Positions 37,322-46,620 of a DNA stretch of 64,000 nt are shown here, one piece after another. The notes below the pieces were generated by a model. It did no database searches and was not told the origin of the DNA. It worked only from the letters and a program-made list of their open reading frames with translations. Position 1 is the stretch's first letter; the number at the start of each line of letters is the position of its first letter. The position numbers and the translations under genes are program-made. The stretch is from an uncultured virus (IMG/VR IMGVR_UViG_3300025132_000001) (lineage: Duplodnaviria > Heunggongvirae > Uroviricota > Caudoviricetes): the IMG/VR virus record IMGVR_UViG_3300025132_000001, one strand, 5' to 3'.

Positions 37322-39145
37322 ATGATTGGAAATGATATCTTTTTTTGGGAAAACTTAACTGAAAAGGAATTTGCTTGTCCATGTTATTTGCATGGATCAT
37401 CAGACGGCATTTATAATTGGGGCTCTTATCAATCAGAAGAGGCATCTTTTTTACAAGGAGGCTCAACTGAAGTTCTAGGTGGATGTAATATAGTAAACTC
37501 AGGTAATATATTTAATCAAGGAGGGCCGTCAGTTTTATACAATGAACCAACAGAAGAATGGTGGTTATCATTTGGGGTTGAACCTGAACCAATAGGAGGC
37601 GGTCCAAATGATTTTACAATTGGATTAGCCCCTGGCATATTAATACCTAATGGGATTACAATAACAATTGATTTAACTTTAAAAACAACTTCTTGTATTC
37701 CGCATAGATTTACTTTAAGTCTTGCACCATTAGATGCTGCGGGAACTGGAAGAGGATTTGCAAATCTTGGATCTTTAACAAGTGTACTTGCTGTAAATGA
37801 TTTTGCCACTTCTGCTATGACAGGCGTAACTGGATGTTCATCTTTAGGAGCAGGAAATTTTGCTACAAATGGGGAAGAAACAATTGTTACTGATACATTT
37901 ACAAATAGTACAGGAAGTGGCATAGTAAGATGGTTAGTTCTTAATGATCTTTCTGTAACTGGTGGATTAACCGCAAGTTCTAATGTACATATTACTAATA
38001 TCCAAGTAACTTATAGCATGTATGGAGCAGATAGTAATAATACTCCTCCTATATTTTCAGCTGACATTACAGCAAATAGTAATATAGCAAGTCCTAATGG
38101 AGCAATAGCAATTGATAATACTATCACTGATATGAATGATGCCAATTGTTGGTGGTGCTGGTCAGATAGATTTGTATTTCAAGGGACATCACCTGATAGA
38201 ACAGGATTATCTCATGGTTGGTACGCATTAAAAATGTTTAGTTTTACTGAACAAAGATCATATCCTATTCAATTAATGAATGTACCTTATTATAACGCTG
38301 CTAATATTTTAACAGGAGATGGAGATTTTAATCACTGGTATAGAGCGGGAATATATTCTAAAAAAGGAGATCAACTTCATGGAGATATTTCAAATGGAAA
38401 AAAATCAAACGCTTTAAATTTACTAGCAATAGATATTATTAAATATTTATGGGAAAAAAGTGGTGCTTTAGATGCGTGTATGACTGATGGATATATAGAT
38501 ACTTTTGAAAACTATTTAACAGAAGAATTTAATACTTGTACAGCAAGTGGTAATTTAGGATTTTTAGGTCCATATAATAGTTTTATTCCTAACCCACCTG
38601 AAATATCAGGGGATGTAGATTTAGAAGGATTTGTTCCTGGTATACCACCAATGTTTAGTGAAAGTGATTGGATAACCGATGGAGAATGGGCTGGGATGCC
38701 TGCACAAGGAATAAATGAAGCGTCACTTTGGAAAGCTGAAGGTTTAGTTTGGAACAAAGGAAGTGACGGATTTTTAAATAATAATGGAAATTGTTGTTAT
38801 GGTTATGTAGACTATCCATATCCTTCATATGTATATCATAATAAACGAATTTGGGAACCTAGATCAGAAACGTCTGATACTAGAACTCAGCCAGGATCTT
38901 TTTTAGGAGCAAGTCATTGGAAGTTAACTAAAGCTTCTTCTAAACGATCTGTAAAAAATAACTTAGAAATTTTGAAATTAAAAAGAAAAAGTAATATATT
39001 TGAACTTGAAAGAGATGGAATGCCCTCACGAGGAGCAGCACTTCTATCGTTAAACACTTATGGAGGAGACGATTCACAATATATTACTTTGGAAAATACA
39101 AAGTTATTAAAACCAGAAAAGTCTAAAAATAAATTAATTGTTTAA
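37322..39145 (+). CDS. Putative tail-associated protein with C-terminal CBM5/12-like motif
   Basis: YPYPSYVYHNKRIW...TQPG....SHWKL; ATG start at 37322 preferred over TTG 37313. Confidence 0.55.
   Translation: MIGNDIFFWENLTEKEFACPCYLHGSSDGIYNWGSYQSEEASFLQGGSTEVLGGCNIVNSGNIFNQGGPSVLYNEPTEEWWLSFGVEPEPIGGGPNDFTIGLAPGILIPNGITITIDLTLKTTSCIPHRFTLSLAPLDAAGTGRGFANLGSLTSVLAVNDFATSAMTGVTGCSSLGAGNFATNGEETIVTDTFTNSTGSGIVRWLVLNDLSVTGGLTASSNVHITNIQVTYSMYGADSNNTPPIFSADITANSNIASPNGAIAIDNTITDMNDANCWWCWSDRFVFQGTSPDRTGLSHGWYALKMFSFTEQRSYPIQLMNVPYYNAANILTGDGDFNHWYRAGIYSKKGDQLHGDISNGKKSNALNLLAIDIIKYLWEKSGALDACMTDGYIDTFENYLTEEFNTCTASGNLGFLGPYNSFIPNPPEISGDVDLEGFVPGIPPMFSESDWITDGEWAGMPAQGINEASLWKAEGLVWNKGSDGFLNNNGNCCYGYVDYPYPSYVYHNKRIWEPRSETSDTRTQPGSFLGASHWKLTKASSKRSVKNNLEILKLKRKSNIFELERDGMPSRGAALLSLNTYGGDDSQYITLENTKLLKPEKSKNKLIV
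38971..39002 (+). promoter_or_regulatory. Internal Bacteroidota-type promoter
   Basis: TTTG-N20-TATATTTG inside the 3' end of the CDS, upstream of the fibre gene. Confidence 0.6.
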
Positions 39146-39163
39146 CTTTATAAAAAATATAAA

Positions 39164-40408
39164 ATGAGAATATCTCAATTATCCACATTAGCAAAAAATA
39201 CTGTAAGTTCTACAGATTATCTTTTAACGGCTAATACATCTACAAATACTAATAAAAAAACTTTAGTACAAAATCTTTTTCCAACTATAACAAATCATGG
39301 ATCTACTGTAGGAGCGGTTTCCGTTATTAGTGCAGTAGCAAATAAAAATGAATATACTTTAAGTAAAATTAAAGTAGGAAGTGCAAAATTAGCTATTTCT
39401 GGAGGTGGTGGTGGAGCTGATATTTCTATTGATTTAGGAACAGTTAATTTTTCTGATTTAACAGGAACTGTAACAAATGCACAATTAGGAGGATCTATTG
39501 ATTTAACTAGTAAAGTAACAGGAATATTACCTATTGCTAATGGGGGTACAGGATCTTCTGGAGCAACATATTGTAGTCTTACAGCAAATGTAACAGGGAC
39601 CTTACCAGTAGCTAATGGAGGTACAGGTTTAACTTCCTATACTGCAAATAGAATAGTTTATGCTTCAGGATCTGGGACATTAGGGCAATTATCTACTGTT
39701 GGTTCTGCAGGACAATTTTTATTAGGAACTGGATCTAAACCTATATGGGCATCTCCTAGCAATACATCTTCAATATCTTGGGCTACTACTGCATCAGCAA
39801 TTGAAGCTAATGTAATAGCAATTCCTGCACTTTCAGGAAATATTGGATGGGCTGTTGGTGGTGGACGAGAAGTTAAACCAGCAAATAATGGATCAGGAGC
39901 AGGAGACGCATTGACAATTGCAGCTGGTACATCTACACATTCTAGTATTGGTGGTCAATTAAATTTAAATGCAGGTGGCGGAGGTGCAAGTACAGGTGGT
40001 GAAATAAAAATAAAATCAGGTGGAACAGCAACAGGAGCTGGTAACTGGGGAGGTACAATTACACTTCAACAACAAGGAAATAATACAGCAACTATTACAG
40101 ATGTTGTAAAAGTCTATCAAACTAAAGTTGGTATTTCTAATAATCAAGCAGCCTCTATAGTTCCTTCAGCACAATTAGAAGTAGAACAAAGTGATGGCGG
40201 ATCTGCTTTAGCAGTTTTAAAATTAGATCAAGATAATACAGCAGGTGAGTTTATTCATTTTGAAGGTCAAGACGGAGCAGCTGCTGCACATTCAATTTCA
40301 ACTTTGCATGGTACTTTTCCTAATCATACAAATGCTAACGATGGATGGATAAGAGTTAATGTTAACGGTACGGATAAATGGATACCATATTTCCATACCC
40401 CAGCATAA
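39164..40408 (+). CDS. Tail fibre protein
   Basis: RISQL N-terminus; repeated G.LP.ANGGTG; Gly-rich; ends GWIRVNVNGTDKWIPYF. Confidence 0.75.
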   Translation: MRISQLSTLAKNTVSSTDYLLTANTSTNTNKKTLVQNLFPTITNHGSTVGAVSVISAVANKNEYTLSKIKVGSAKLAISGGGGGADISIDLGTVNFSDLTGTVTNAQLGGSIDLTSKVTGILPIANGGTGSSGATYCSLTANVTGTLPVANGGTGLTSYTANRIVYASGSGTLGQLSTVGSAGQFLLGTGSKPIWASPSNTSSISWATTASAIEANVIAIPALSGNIGWAVGGGREVKPANNGSGAGDALTIAAGTSTHSSIGGQLNLNAGGGGASTGGEIKIKSGGTATGAGNWGGTITLQQQGNNTATITDVVKVYQTKVGISNNQAASIVPSAQLEVEQSDGGSALAVLKLDQDNTAGEFIHFEGQDGAAAAHSISTLHGTFPNHTNANDGWIRVNVNGTDKWIPYFHTPA

Positions 40409-40445
40409 AATTAAATAAATATTAATAAATTAAAACTATAAAAAA

Positions 40446-40853
40446 ATGCAACAAACTATAAAAACTACTAATCAAGAATTAGTAGAAATGTTACAAGGAT
40501 TGTACAATGTACAACACTTAAAAGGATTAAAATTTGCTTTAGTTGTTTCTAAAAACATTAAAGTATTAAAAGACGAGCTTTTTGATCTTGAAGAAATAGC
40601 TAAACCAACTCCAGAATTTCTAGAGTTAGCTAATCACGTAAAAGAACTAGAAGCTAATAAAGATACTAAAGCTATTAAAAAACTAGAAAAAGACAATAAA
40701 GAACTAGTTGAAGAACGTAAAAAGCAAATTGCAGAATTGCAGGAGATAATGAAAGAAACAAGAGAATTATCATTGTTTCCAATTGATGAAAAGTTATTAC
40801 CTGAAGATATGAATGCTAACCAATTGACTGGTATACAAACATTAATTAACTAA
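40446..40853 (+). CDS. Hypothetical helical protein (possible fibre chaperone)
   Basis: 135 aa, directly after the fibre gene. Confidence 0.6.
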   Translation: MQQTIKTTNQELVEMLQGLYNVQHLKGLKFALVVSKNIKVLKDELFDLEEIAKPTPEFLELANHVKELEANKDTKAIKKLEKDNKELVEERKKQIAELQEIMKETRELSLFPIDEKLLPEDMNANQLTGIQTLIN

Positions 40854-40855
40854 CA

Positions 40856-41905
40856 ATGAAAAAACTAATATTTTTCTTTATTTTATTAAGCACAATTTCA
40901 AGTGCTCAAATAGAAAATTTCTTTAAATATTCTACCTTTTATACGTCATTCAATACAAATTCATCTTTTGTAGAAAGAGATGATTATATTGCTGTAGATA
41001 AAGGATATGAAAATGTAACTGAAGTTAATCCCTATGATTACAATTTAACTATAGGGATAAGAAAAATTGCAAGATTTGACTATGAATACAAAGTTAAAAC
41101 ATGGTATTATGGTACTGAAAAAGCTGTTGCAGATAATGTTACTATTGGTAATAGCGTTGGTTGGGAGTATTTATTTAATTATTCGTTTATACGTAATCGT
41201 GGTGATAAGTTTACTGATCAAAATTATTGGATTAGATACCTTGGAAATAAATGTGTAACTAAATTTCAGTATAAAGATAACCAAAGAGTAAATTTACAAT
41301 ATACTTCTTTTGATACAAGATTTAGAATAAATTCAGGTAATTGGGATTTAACTCTTGGTGGAGTAATGCGTATTCATCCAACATATGGTGTAAATCCTAT
41401 AGAAGATTTTTGGGTGCCAGGAGAGTCAACATTTCAAGAACTAGCACAAGATTTTGGTTATGCTCCAGAACAATGGGTTCAAGGGTTTTATGTAGATCAA
41501 AATTGGTACGATGTTAGTGGTGGAGACTCGGTGTTAGTTGCTACCTCTAATGACGAGTTCTTTAACCACTATTTTGGTGATGCAGTTGCTGATTATAATG
41601 AACGAGAGCTTGAAAAATTAGGAATGCAAAAAGAACTTAGTGTAGTTTTAGGATTAGCATACTATAAATATACCCCAAAATTTTGGATTCATATGTGGGC
41701 AAATGTAATGCCTTATCATTATGGACTAGATGATTATTCTTATTCTTATAACAATGCAGTAGATATGCTTGAATGGGATGCAGGAATAGTTACAGGATTA
41801 AGAATTAATAAACATTTAGGATTATTTGTTGAAGGTACTCATATGAAGTATTGGGGCAAGGAAATTTTTGATGTTAAATTTGGGTTTAACTATTTAATAT
41901 TTTAA
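40856..41905 (+). CDS. Putative outer-membrane beta-barrel protein
   Basis: Signal peptide (...ISSA|Q); alternating aromatic/hydrophobic strands; ends KFGFNYLIF. Confidence 0.65.
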   Translation: MKKLIFFFILLSTISSAQIENFFKYSTFYTSFNTNSSFVERDDYIAVDKGYENVTEVNPYDYNLTIGIRKIARFDYEYKVKTWYYGTEKAVADNVTIGNSVGWEYLFNYSFIRNRGDKFTDQNYWIRYLGNKCVTKFQYKDNQRVNLQYTSFDTRFRINSGNWDLTLGGVMRIHPTYGVNPIEDFWVPGESTFQELAQDFGYAPEQWVQGFYVDQNWYDVSGGDSVLVATSNDEFFNHYFGDAVADYNERELEKLGMQKELSVVLGLAYYKYTPKFWIHMWANVMPYHYGLDDYSYSYNNAVDMLEWDAGIVTGLRINKHLGLFVEGTHMKYWGKEIFDVKFGFNYLIF

Positions 41906-41908
41906 AAT

Positions 41909-42682
41909 ATGAAAAGAATTATATATATACTAGTATTGTTTATAGGCTCGTTTGCTTATGGACAATTTGATTTTCAACAATTATGTTTAGATTGTGCTGA
42001 ACAAGAAGGTTATTATTGTGGAGATGATCCAGCTAACTGGACTCAATATGCTCCTAATGGATGTGTACAAACATCTTGGTTAAATGATGGATGGGAAGAT
42101 TGTGTAGATGCGGGAGATGAAAATGATGCAGTTCCAACATTACCATTAGATTGTGTACCACCTCCACCAGATTGCGATACAGTATATGTAGATATAATAG
42201 AATATATATTTGAAACAGATACAGTAGAAGTTGAAGTTCCTTTTTATATTTATGAAACAATACTTCAAATAGATACAGTATATAATACAGAATATATAAC
42301 TCAAATTTTAATAGATACAGTAGAAGTAGAAACTTTTGTTCCTGAATATATATTTGTAACTGATACAGTATACATATACGAAGATGTATTAGATACTTTA
42401 TTTGTAGATGTAATTGAATATGTAGATGTATTAGTATTTGATACAATTATAGAAATAGAATATGTAGAGTTTTTTACAACTGATACTATAATTGAATATG
42501 TAGATGTTATATATACGGAATATATTGATTGTGATACAGGGATGCCTTGTAATTCAAGTATTTCTGAAATTATAAAAACTTCTGAGTTAGATAATATAAT
42601 GTATAATTTATTAGGACAGGCAATAAAAGAACCTGAAGGAGTATATATACAAAATGGTAAAGTTAAATATAAATTACAATAA
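41909..42682 (+). CDS. Secreted protein: LDL-receptor-A-like module, DTV repeats, T9SS-like C-terminus
   Basis: Signal peptide (...FAYG|Q); CVQTSWLNDGWEDCVDAGDE; many DT(V/I/L) repeats; MYNLLGQ...GVYIQNGK. Confidence 0.6.
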   Translation: MKRIIYILVLFIGSFAYGQFDFQQLCLDCAEQEGYYCGDDPANWTQYAPNGCVQTSWLNDGWEDCVDAGDENDAVPTLPLDCVPPPPDCDTVYVDIIEYIFETDTVEVEVPFYIYETILQIDTVYNTEYITQILIDTVEVETFVPEYIFVTDTVYIYEDVLDTLFVDVIEYVDVLVFDTIIEIEYVEFFTTDTIIEYVDVIYTEYIDCDTGMPCNSSISEIIKTSELDNIMYNLLGQAIKEPEGVYIQNGKVKYKLQ

Positions 42683-42894
42683 TGAATATATTTAAAGACA
42701 CTAATGATTGGAATGAAAAAGCTATCGTAGGATTTATAGCTTTTTTAATTATGGTTGTAGTTATGATCATAGATTTAGTTACTGGAGCAGTGGGAGCTGA
42801 TTTAGTTATTAATGAATTTGTATATGATTCATTTGTATGGGTAGTATTAGGATGTTTTGGAATTAGTGGAATTGAAAAATTTGCTAAAAAATAA
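42682..42894 (+). CDS. Small two-TM membrane protein (holin-like)
   Basis: Two hydrophobic segments; ends GIEKFAKK. Confidence 0.55.
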   Translation: MNIFKDTNDWNEKAIVGFIAFLIMVVVMIIDLVTGAVGADLVINEFVYDSFVWVVLGCFGISGIEKFAKK

Positions 42895-44843
42895 TGGCTA
42901 GTAAATTTGATAAAAATTCACAACAACACCCAGGACGTTATATTGGCGTACTTAAAGAAGAGGCAGTAGTCAATACCGCAGGGAATGGATTAGACGTAAC
43001 TCAAGGGGGTGAATTTAGTTTGGATTTAAAATCAAATGGAGGATTAGTTATAGAATCTACAGAATTAGCAGTAGATCTTGCAGCTAGTAGTATTACAGGA
43101 TTATTAAATGTAGGAGATGGTGGTACTGGTCAAAGTACAGCACAAGCAGCAATAGACGCTTTAACACAAGTAAGTGGTGCAAGTGCTGGTGAAGCTTTAA
43201 TAAAAGACGGTAGTGGAAATGCAACCTGGGCTGCACAAACAAATACTACATATACAGCAGGAGATGGTTTAAATCTTTCTGGTACTACATTTAGTACAGA
43301 TATTAAAGCAAATAGCGGAATAACAATAGATAGCACAGAATTATCAATGGATCTTGGAGCTTCTAGTATTACAGGTACTTTGGCTGTAGGAGATGGTGGA
43401 ACTGGAGCTAGTAGTCTTACAAGCGATGCTATATTAACTGGAACAGGCACTAATCCTATTACAGCTGAAAGTTCTTTGACATACACAAATAGTAGCGGTA
43501 TTGGCGGTACTAGCACTCTTACAATAGGAGAAACGAATTCAGGTACAAGGAGAATTGCAACGCCACCAAAAGCAAGTAGTCAGAATGGAGACTTACTTGC
43601 TCTTAGTATTGGAAATTGTGGAGCAGGAACTAATATGAGAGGAGGTCTTATGGAATTTTATAGTGGAGGGGCTACAGGAAATATGACGGCTGGACATTAT
43701 ATGTTTTATGGAGCACCAATGAGAAATCCTGCAGGAGGATCACAAACTTCACAAGTAGTAGAGCAAATGTTTCTTTTTAGAGAGAATGCAGGAGTAGCGG
43801 ATGCTACTCATTTAAGATTATTTTCTCCTAGTGATTCTAGAAATTATTTAGATGTTATAATACAAGATCCTGGGCTAACAACAATAACAACAGTTGATAC
43901 CACTGGGCCAAGTGGAATTGGAGCAGATCTTAAACTTTTGGCAGATGGTGCACTTATATTACAATCAACAGGCGCATCTAAGGATATAACATTAGATTCA
44001 GCAGAAGACATAAAAATAGATGCTGATGGTGGTAATATAGATTTTAAAAATAATACAGCACATTTTGCTAAATTAACTAATTTACTTAATGGTAGAGGAC
44101 AGTTAGATCTTTATGGCGGATCGTGTGGTAATCAATCTTGTGGCGCGCAGATAGATTTTTATGAAGATACAGGAGCAGGTAGTAATCATATTACATTAAA
44201 AGGTGCTTGGTCAGGTGCTGGATTAGGATCAGATAAAACAATCAGTCTTCCTAATGCTACTGGTACAGTTGCTTTAACGAGTGATATACCAGGTGATATA
44301 GTGAATACAAAACAAATAATGCAATCAAGAGATGGCTATGCTTCTATTTTTGCACTTTTTTATGGATTAAAATGGTATAATGCATCAGGAGGAACACAAA
44401 GTTGGGGAGTTGGCTCAGTACCAAATCTTGATACTTATACTGCTCAACAAAAGGGGTTTGTATATACTAGAGGGCCTTTAGTAACAGCTGTATCAAATAT
44501 GAAAATTTATAAAGTGTATATGAATTTTTTTTGGTATAGTAAACAGCCAGGTGTTTGTAATAGTGCTAGAAACATGGAATTTTCATTTCATAAAGCTACA
44601 CATGCTAATAACTCTCAAGCTGAGCATACATTATCAAGTGCAATAGTAGCTACTAATTTAAATGCTGCTTATGCTTGTGATACACAATATAATTTAGTTT
44701 TTGAACTTGCTGCTGGTAGTGGTTTTACTTTAAATGCTGGTGATTCATTACATATGTTTATGAGATGTCCTTCATATAATAGCAGCACAATAATATTTGG
44801 GCAGATAGTAGGACAAATATATGTAGAATATAAATACGTTTAA
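42894..44843 (+). CDS. Tail fibre / receptor-binding protein
   Basis: Duplicated AG.GL...STEL..DL.ASSITG.L.VGDGGTG unit; LPNATGTVAL motif. Confidence 0.7.
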   Translation: MASKFDKNSQQHPGRYIGVLKEEAVVNTAGNGLDVTQGGEFSLDLKSNGGLVIESTELAVDLAASSITGLLNVGDGGTGQSTAQAAIDALTQVSGASAGEALIKDGSGNATWAAQTNTTYTAGDGLNLSGTTFSTDIKANSGITIDSTELSMDLGASSITGTLAVGDGGTGASSLTSDAILTGTGTNPITAESSLTYTNSSGIGGTSTLTIGETNSGTRRIATPPKASSQNGDLLALSIGNCGAGTNMRGGLMEFYSGGATGNMTAGHYMFYGAPMRNPAGGSQTSQVVEQMFLFRENAGVADATHLRLFSPSDSRNYLDVIIQDPGLTTITTVDTTGPSGIGADLKLLADGALILQSTGASKDITLDSAEDIKIDADGGNIDFKNNTAHFAKLTNLLNGRGQLDLYGGSCGNQSCGAQIDFYEDTGAGSNHITLKGAWSGAGLGSDKTISLPNATGTVALTSDIPGDIVNTKQIMQSRDGYASIFALFYGLKWYNASGGTQSWGVGSVPNLDTYTAQQKGFVYTRGPLVTAVSNMKIYKVYMNFFWYSKQPGVCNSARNMEFSFHKATHANNSQAEHTLSSAIVATNLNAAYACDTQYNLVFELAAGSGFTLNAGDSLHMFMRCPSYNSSTIIFGQIVGQIYVEYKYV

Positions 44844-44844
44844 T

Positions 44845-45426
44845 ATGAGTTTGACAGGTAAAAAATATGAAAAGTTCTATGAAACAACAGGAACTGGAAC
44901 TGATAAAATAACTTCAGATAATCTAACTATTGCTGAAGCAGTTTGGGATATGGATAGAGCTCTTGGTATGAAATATCATCTTGATAATTTAGAATTAGCA
45001 CCGCTTATATTTCAATTACAACAAATGCAAGATGAGTTAGATTATCTTAGATCAGAGATATCAACTAACAAAGGTAAGACTGGAATATCATCTAGTCAAG
45101 CCAGTGCTATTACAGCTAATACAGCTAAGACAGGTATAACAAATAGTCAGTCTACTATGATAACAGATAACCTGGCAGAAGCTAAAAGACTTGGTGGTCT
45201 TATTGACACTAACACTAGAAGTACAACAAACAACGCTAGTACAATATCAGCCTTAGTTGCTAATAAGTTGGAGGTTACGCCAAACTTAAACGGCAGTAAT
45301 CAACAAAGATTAACGTGTGGAGTTACGGAAAAACGTGGTGCTTATATGTTAAACTTTACATATCAAGACGTGGACAAAATTAGTGGTAAGGTACTTATAA
45401 AAACAGGATCAATACAATTAATATAA
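44845..45426 (+). CDS. Coiled-coil fibre-like protein
   Basis: QQMQDELDYLR and SQASAITANTAKTGI motifs. Confidence 0.6.
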   Translation: MSLTGKKYEKFYETTGTGTDKITSDNLTIAEAVWDMDRALGMKYHLDNLELAPLIFQLQQMQDELDYLRSEISTNKGKTGISSSQASAITANTAKTGITNSQSTMITDNLAEAKRLGGLIDTNTRSTTNNASTISALVANKLEVTPNLNGSNQQRLTCGVTEKRGAYMLNFTYQDVDKISGKVLIKTGSIQLI

Positions 45427-45427
45427 T

Positions 45428-45745
45428 ATGAAATTTAATTATATAAATATAACTAGTAGTGGAACGTCAGTGCAAATTCTTAGCCCTGCAGTAGCTAATA
45501 GTAAAAAAATTAATACTATGGAAAGGTTATTAATATGTAATAATCGTGGTGCAGATATAGGAGCAAATTTATATTTAGATAATGGTTCTGCCCAATATTC
45601 TATTTTAACTCAATGTGTAATTCCTCAAGGTACTACATTAGATGTTTTACATGGTGTACCTTTTCAATATGAAGAATCCTATGGGTTAAAATTAACTTTA
45701 ACAGATGCTGCTCATAGAGCAACTATAATATTTAATCAACAATAA
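45428..45745 (+). CDS. Small beta-rich structural protein
   Basis: 105 aa; LLICN...IPQGTTL pattern. Confidence 0.55.
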   Translation: MKFNYINITSSGTSVQILSPAVANSKKINTMERLLICNNRGADIGANLYLDNGSAQYSILTQCVIPQGTTLDVLHGVPFQYEESYGLKLTLTDAAHRATIIFNQQ

Positions 45746-45753
45746 TTAAAAAA

Positions 45754-46101
45754 ATGGCACAAAAAGAATTATCAGAAGACAGTAAATTTCAAATAAGTGT
45801 AAAAACTTTAGTAGGAATCGTAGTAGGTGTAGCTACCGTGATTTCTGCATATTTTGGGTTAATGAGTACTATAAATTCTAAATTTGTAGAACTTGAAGAT
45901 AAAGTAGAAAAAGCTTTAGAATTACCTAAACCAGGAACAGGAACCTATATGATAGATATGGGAGATCCTGCAGCTACACAAACTTGGCCACCAACTCGTA
46001 TGGAATTTAACATGAAAGATGAGATGGCACGTCAAAAAATTGATCGCGTGATCAAAGATTTAGAAGAACTACAAGAAGAAGTAAAAAATTTAAAACCTTA
46101 A
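45754..46101 (+). CDS. Single-TM coiled-coil membrane protein
   Basis: TM segment TLVGIVVGVATVISAYFGL followed by coiled coil and ELPKP. Confidence 0.65.
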   Translation: MAQKELSEDSKFQISVKTLVGIVVGVATVISAYFGLMSTINSKFVELEDKVEKALELPKPGTGTYMIDMGDPAATQTWPPTRMEFNMKDEMARQKIDRVIKDLEELQEEVKNLKP

Positions 46102-46105
46102 AACA

Positions 46106-46486
46106 ATGAAAAATTTTATAACACTTATCGCCTTTTTTATAGCAAGTTTGTGTTCTGCTCAAGGACAATCTTTTTTAGATTCAAAAGATTTTGATAAAGA
46201 GATTAGCAGAGGAATTATAGTAGTAGAATTTTGGGCGGCTTGGAATGATGCAAATGCTGTACAATGGTTACCAAATTTAAAAGAATGTGAAGTATATAGA
46301 GTAGATATAGGTACTCATATGGATATACAAACAGAATACGAAATTACATCTATACCTACGGTTATTATATTTAATAATGGTAATATAGAAGAAACTTTTA
46401 ATGCAAACATTATGTTTCAATTAGAGGCAAATAAAAAAGATGTTCAAGCAAAAGTAGATGAAATAATATTAAAACAATTTGAATAA
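46106..46486 (+). CDS. Exported thioredoxin-fold protein lacking CxxC
   Basis: Signal peptide; VVEFWAAWNDAN in place of VDFWA.WCxxC; cis-Pro motif ITSIPT. Confidence 0.8.
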   Translation: MKNFITLIAFFIASLCSAQGQSFLDSKDFDKEISRGIIVVEFWAAWNDANAVQWLPNLKECEVYRVDIGTHMDIQTEYEITSIPTVIIFNNGNIEETFNANIMFQLEANKKDVQAKVDEIILKQFE

Positions 46487-46620
46487 TGGTAAAACGATCA
46501 CTATTCTCATTTGTAGAAAAGAAGAGGAAAAAAAGACCTGGTATACATGCTAAGTCTAAAACCTCTAGACTGAAAAACAGTCGAAATTATGTTAAACTTT
46601 ATAAAGGACAAGGAAAATAA
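46486..46620 (+). CDS. Small basic protein (44 aa)
   Basis: MVKRSLFSFVEKKRKKRPGIHAKSKTSRLKNSRNYVKLYKGQGK; coupled to both neighbours. Confidence 0.65.
   Translation: MVKRSLFSFVEKKRKKRPGIHAKSKTSRLKNSRNYVKLYKGQGK

Noticed and set aside
39164..44843. Diversity-generating retroelement or invertible fibre cassettes
   Set aside because: No reverse transcriptase, recombinase or template/variable repeat pair seen; the repeats are diverged protein-level fibre repeats.
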